A DNA stretch of 64,000 bases from Rotaria socialis. Taxonomy: Eukaryota. Location: positions 62,001 through 126,000 of the forward strand of contig CAJNYD010000225.1 of the NCBI GenBank assembly GCA_905331295.1. The letters are read 5' to 3'. The number at the start of each line of letters is the position of its first letter. Position 1 is the stretch's first letter. The notes beneath the pieces are model-generated. The model did no database searches, was not told the origin of the DNA, and saw only the letters and a list, made by a program, of their open reading frames with translations. This document shows positions 54,722 through 64,000 of the stretch, one piece after another. The position numbers and the translations under genes were made by a program.

Positions 54722-55221
54722 TTAAATTAATTAAATTCTCTGAAATTATATGAAACAAAATCATAATTTAAATGTAAATATTATATATGTATTTTGTTTT
54801 TGTTTTTTTGTTCTTTTCACAGATAATAAGAGGATGATACATAAATGTTATTCAATATACATAAGAATAGTATTAGATACCAAGAAAAGAAAACAAATAG
54901 TATTATTGAGACACAAATTGAGAATGAGAACAATTGTTGGCTACAAGACATAATAAATATAAGAGAGGTAAAGCCGCCCCAGATAAACATAAAATGAAAC
55001 ATCTGACAAAAAAAGCACGATTTTTGAAGTCATGCAATATGCTTTTTTGATCTGACTTTTTTACAAAACAAATAAGCATATGTTTAGAAGTAATATATAA
55101 AAAACGAAGAGAAAGAAGAAGCAGAAGAAAAAATATTTGTTCATCACTATACCATAGCATTATCATTTTGCGTATTTTTAATTTCGTTTTTTCTATGAAT
55201 GCGCAATAAAAGAAAACTACT

Positions 55222-55246
55222 ACACACACACACACACACACACACA
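55222..55246. repeat. (AC)n microsatellite in the Ena/VASP 3' region
   Basis: Direct reading of the sequence. Confidence 0.9.
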
Positions 55247-55321
55247 TAGACAAGAAACAACATGAAAATGCCGTAGAAAAATAACAATGTAAAAGAGATG
55301 GACACGATAGAAGAGAAAAGA

Positions 55322-56575
55322 TTAAATTTTAGTATGTTGATTATCAAGAATAGCATTAAGAATTTCTTGTTTGGCTTTTTCAATATCTTTACGTAATTCA
55401 TTCAATATATCCATTTTGAGTTTTTCCAATTCATTTGATGAATAATTACATTCAGTCGCTTTTCTTCCAACACGCGGTGAAGTTGCTGCAGGTCCAGCGA
55501 TTGCTGGGGGCAAATTTGTTGTTGATATTTTTGACGCTCCTTTATTATTAATTGAATTATTTGCGTCATTTTTTTCATTTTCATCAATATATTTGCGTCG
55601 TTGAGCAAATTTAGCTGCCATTTCAGACATTAAATCCATCGGTGGAGCAGTCGTTGTTATACTTGTTTTTCGTCCTGTATTGTTATTGCTGGTACCATTA
55701 CTATTGGGAATTATTAATGCAGGTGCAGCTGGTGGTCCATTACCAAAACCAGGTAATGGAGGTGGTGGTGGAGGTGGCGGAGCGCCATTAGAAATAGACA
55801 TAGCCAAATTCAAAGGTGGCGCCGGTGGTATATTATTATTTTTATTCGACGAATTATCACCGAAATATGAATATGAATCTGATATAAGAGCGTAGTTTGT
55901 TTCTTCATCTTCAGCTGTTTGATGTTGTTGTTGACAATAGTAATTATTATTTATTGCAGATTGAGTTGACATTAAAGAATTCGAATTTTGACGCAAATGA
56001 CTGGCATAAGGCGATGACGAATATTGCTGCTGCTGAACATCTGAATTTGAAGAAGGACAATTAATAGGTACTATTGTTGTTGTTGTCGATGGAAGCGTCG
56101 AAGGAGGTTGACTGGATTGACGTTTATAGGATGGTAGATTATTATTATTATTATTCATTGAAGATGATGATGGAAGAGTAGCTCCTCCATTAATCACCAT
56201 CTGAGAAGATGAATTATTATTAGAACCATTAACATTTTCAAGAATCTTCATCATCGTCAGTCCAAATTCTTGGGCATCAAGTTTTGATGAAAAATTTAAG
56301 CCGTAAACAGATGATTGATCTCGCCATTGATGAAATGTTGGTGTTGCTTGATTATATTTAATGCCTTTACTTATTGAATGATTTAAAACAACTTCATGAT
56401 CTTGTATTTGTCGACCAACAATGCGATATGTTTGAGTTTCCGAAGAAAATAATAATTGTATTTTAGCTGGACCATTTGATGCGCAATGCAGCCATTTCTT
56501 TTGTGCATCATTATAAATCATTGCTGTTGCTTTACAGCTTGTTAAAATATCCTCTTTAGGATTATTACCTACCAT
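55322..56575 (-). CDS. Ena/VASP family actin regulator, single coding exon, 417 aa
   Basis: EVH1 domain (AMIYNDAQKKW...YRIVG...YNQATPTFHQWRD...VYGLNF), polyproline tract, F-actin-binding MDLMSEMAAKFAQRRK and tetramerisation coil ELEKLKMDILNELRKDIEKAKQEILNAI. Confidence 0.93.
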   Translation of the reverse strand: MVGNNPKEDILTSCKATAMIYNDAQKKWLHCASNGPAKIQLLFSSETQTYRIVGRQIQDHEVVLNHSISKGIKYNQATPTFHQWRDQSSVYGLNFSSKLDAQEFGLTMMKILENVNGSNNNSSSQMVINGGATLPSSSSMNNNNNNLPSYKRQSSQPPSTLPSTTTTIVPINCPSSNSDVQQQQYSSSPYASHLRQNSNSLMSTQSAINNNYYCQQQHQTAEDEETNYALISDSYSYFGDNSSNKNNNIPPAPPLNLAMSISNGAPPPPPPPPLPGFGNGPPAAPALIIPNSNGTSNNNTGRKTSITTTAPPMDLMSEMAAKFAQRRKYIDENEKNDANNSINNKGASKISTTNLPPAIAGPAATSPRVGRKATECNYSSNELEKLKMDILNELRKDIEKAKQEILNAILDNQHTKI

Positions 56576-58649
56576 GATTGAGTCAAATATTTTGTTTTAC
56601 TGTTGAACAATATATTATAGATGAAAACAGTAAAGACTAAAAAAAGAATAAATCGGAACATATTTAAAGATAAATAAATCAGATTGCAGAAAATATTGAC
56701 AAAAAATTCTTATCGATTATGTTCTGAACATGTTTCACTGATGTGATGACTGGTTTGCGTTTAGTTTATTTTCTGATAATATAAACTCATCTTAGGTATT
56801 CATCTTCATAAGACGCTCGTGAATGCGAATCCTAAGAACAATGTCGAATACCACAATCCATATAGAGAGTAAATGAATAGTATCTATTTGAAAATATTTC
56901 TTCTCTTTTTTGCTTATTCATAACATATTATATGCTCATATAAATTGATAATTATTCACATCTGTTTTACTCATGCACATAATCAAAGAGAAAACTGATG
57001 AAATGCCACTATGTCTACGTGCATTAGCAATAATAGTTTGAACAGAATGATGATTTTGGTAAAAACTACTAGATTTATATTTATCGGTAGATAATGACAA
57101 AAACAACAAACTATAGTTTGCGTTTTTCTAGATTCTTCTTTTTATCAATATTTATCAAACATTTTAATAAAAAATACAAAGCAAGATGATGACGTAAATG
57201 ATTGATGGAAACATTGATATAAATACATATTCAAACTTTTCATTTGACATCTACGAATTATTTTGGATAAAATTATAGGCACGCTAGGTAATTATACAGA
57301 ATGTGTGTGACAATAAATACTGACTCATGTATTTTGTTTTATTCTTCACAGTAGAATATAAAGTAAATAACGTGTTCAAAAAAAAAAGGAATTAACCAAT
57401 TAGATCCTCATGTGCGTGTTTGTGCGCTTTCATGATAGTATATTCGGCCTGTTGCATGTTTGTTTGACTATAGAATACATTCCTAAATATACTATTTAGA
57501 GATGATTGAAAGTGCTGAAGCAGTAGTGCTAGGTATTTTCTCTTTAAATTGTGTAGAATTTTTTGTAATTAAATCTATTATGTACGTCATAGTACAAAAC
57601 AAAAACAAAAAACTTTTAGCATCTATCCTATGGTTTGTTTTATCAGAGTATATTTTTCAGAATTACTTTCATATCACATTTATTATTACATAAAGTCAAA
57701 AATAAATTGATTTACTGATTCATTATTTCAATCAAATATGTATGGGCAGAACTTGTCTCACTAGTATATATGATTTGAAATCAATTTTGAAGATTGCTAC
57801 TATTTTTTAATACTATTCGATAATCTGAAGGATATTCAAGTGAAACTTATATGGAATCATTCCATCAAGATTTTGTATTCTTTTGCTTTCTTATCGAAAG
57901 CAATTATCATAATAAAAGACTAACAAATAATGATATTAATTCTATTGTCTATTGAAAACTGTAAAAAAACAACAACATTGAACACGTACCTTATAAATAA
58001 AATAAAAAACAATCACAAAATGAGTAAACTTTAGCTCTATTGAAAAAAAAATAAAAAATTTGATCTCTTTTAATTTAATTTTGCTCACCATAGGAATAGT
58101 AGTTTTCATAGAAAGAATATCTTTTTCCTGGCCACAGTACAACTTGCTGTAGTCATCTAAAAGAATAATTTGTAAAGCAATTTAATTAGATGAACATCTG
58201 CTCTCATGTCCAACAAACTAAAATTTATTGACATGACCTCTTTATTTATTCTATTGGGTGTAATCCTTTCTAAAAATTATTTATTCTCTACAGGAATAAA
58301 CTTACATGACAAAAAAAATAATGATTTAAAAGATAATTTATCAATTATATCTATTTACATCGAATTTTAATAACAAATATGCATAGATATGTCAATAAAC
58401 AAATCAGAGAGGCATTCATCTTTATTCCTATTGGTCAAAAACATGTCAACCAGAGTATTAACCAAAAGAATGATGATGCTATTCTACGTCTACGATAAAA
58501 AGTCGAGTAAAAGCGAAAAATTTGTTAGCCAACTGACAAATAATTGAGGGTTTAATTTCAAATATTTATATTTCAGATAGATTCTGAACACTAAAATCTA
58601 TCTTTTGAATGAAGAAACGACGTCGAATTGAATCAGAATAAAATTGAAT

Positions 58650-62980
<4,331 letters not shown>

Positions 62981-64000
62981 TTTTGAGAAGCCTTTGAATT
63001 AATACTCTAACTGAGTATTATACTATTTCATTTCTGTCATTTGATGTATTCTCTTTGTTGGTTTGTTTGTTTATCTTTTCTATCTTGCTTCTCATTTTCT
63101 ATTCCACGTTTTTTTTCTGCTTTGTTTCCTTTCCATTAACTCATAAAAAAGAAAAAGAAGCAAAAAAAAGTTTTCTCTGCTCATCTTCTATGCCCTGTCG
63201 ATTCAAATTATTCGCTTTTTTTGCTTCTTCTATCTCTGTATTTTTTTTCATGGCTCATTTACTGTATATATACGTGCTTGAAGTACATACAGCGCAAAAA
63301 ATGAGCTCAAAAAAATTATAAAATCGTTCAGTAAAGTTTAACAAAAAAAAATAAATAAAACAAATGCAGATATGTAGAAAAATGTTTTTCTTTCATTTTC
63401 TTGTAAAAAGAATCAGAGTATATATTGAACTATCGGAAATTGCTGATTTCGTTTACTCGATGTTGATTGAATGTTGTGTAAAAAGTATCAATAAAAGTCT
63501 TTGACTCCAATGGTTCAGACAAGCAAAAAAACGTAGCTTGCAACTGATAAATTTCGATTTTTCCACCAGAAAATAATGAAATTGATTACTTTCTAATAAT
63601 ATTTGTTTGTTTTTCGTCATTGAACAGAATAACAAACATGTTCTTGACAGAGAACATTTGTTTTTTGATTATTAGAATAGCTTGTGATTGTCATGGATTC
63701 AAATCAGTTATTTTCGTCTTGTTTAAAAATTGATTTCAAAATACAAGTTCATATTCAAGTTTTTAATTAGTATTCATTTTGCTAAACTGTCGCAGAACAA
63801 TCATTGACTTTGCTATCATATCATTTTAAAAATTTATGTACCATCACAAAAAACAGCAATCTATTTTTGATTAGACGAAAACTGTAAAAGAAAACATGAG
63901 CTTCTAGAACATTTAAATTGATATATTTTGATCAATAAATTGGCATCATAGAAAATTAAACAAAGTGAAGTAATAAATAATTGGATAAAGTAACAAGTAT

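Overview
AT-rich eukaryotic (animal) genomic DNA with many short (~55-65 nt) GT-AG introns. Gene content and intron style suggest a bdelloid rotifer; this is inference, not shown by the sequence. Genes in order: last exon of an ODF3/SHIPPO-repeat gene (+), ENTPD4/7-type NTPDase (-), XPD/ERCC2 (-), an intronless secreted DOPA 4,5-dioxygenase-family gene (+), an RBR E3 ligase (RNF217-like, -), a TASK K2P channel (+), TOP2 (-), Rap1GAP (+), two tandem DPY-30 genes (-), an R7-family RGS (-), an intronless Ena/VASP (-) and poly(A) polymerase (+). There are also two MITEs, a 95-bp inverted repeat pair and three single-N assembly joins. The most notable observations are: (1) the whole XPD gene appears nested on the SAME strand inside intron 1 of the NTPDase, whose missing N-terminal TM exon I place at 8571-8476; (2) the fungal/bacterial-type DOPA dioxygenase with a signal peptide is a horizontal-transfer candidate; (3) the R7-RGS has substitutions at two G-alpha-contact positions; (4) several tightly packed same-strand gene pairs have splice acceptors just before the ATG, which is operon/trans-splicing-like. 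All protein identities come from motif recognition, not database searches.
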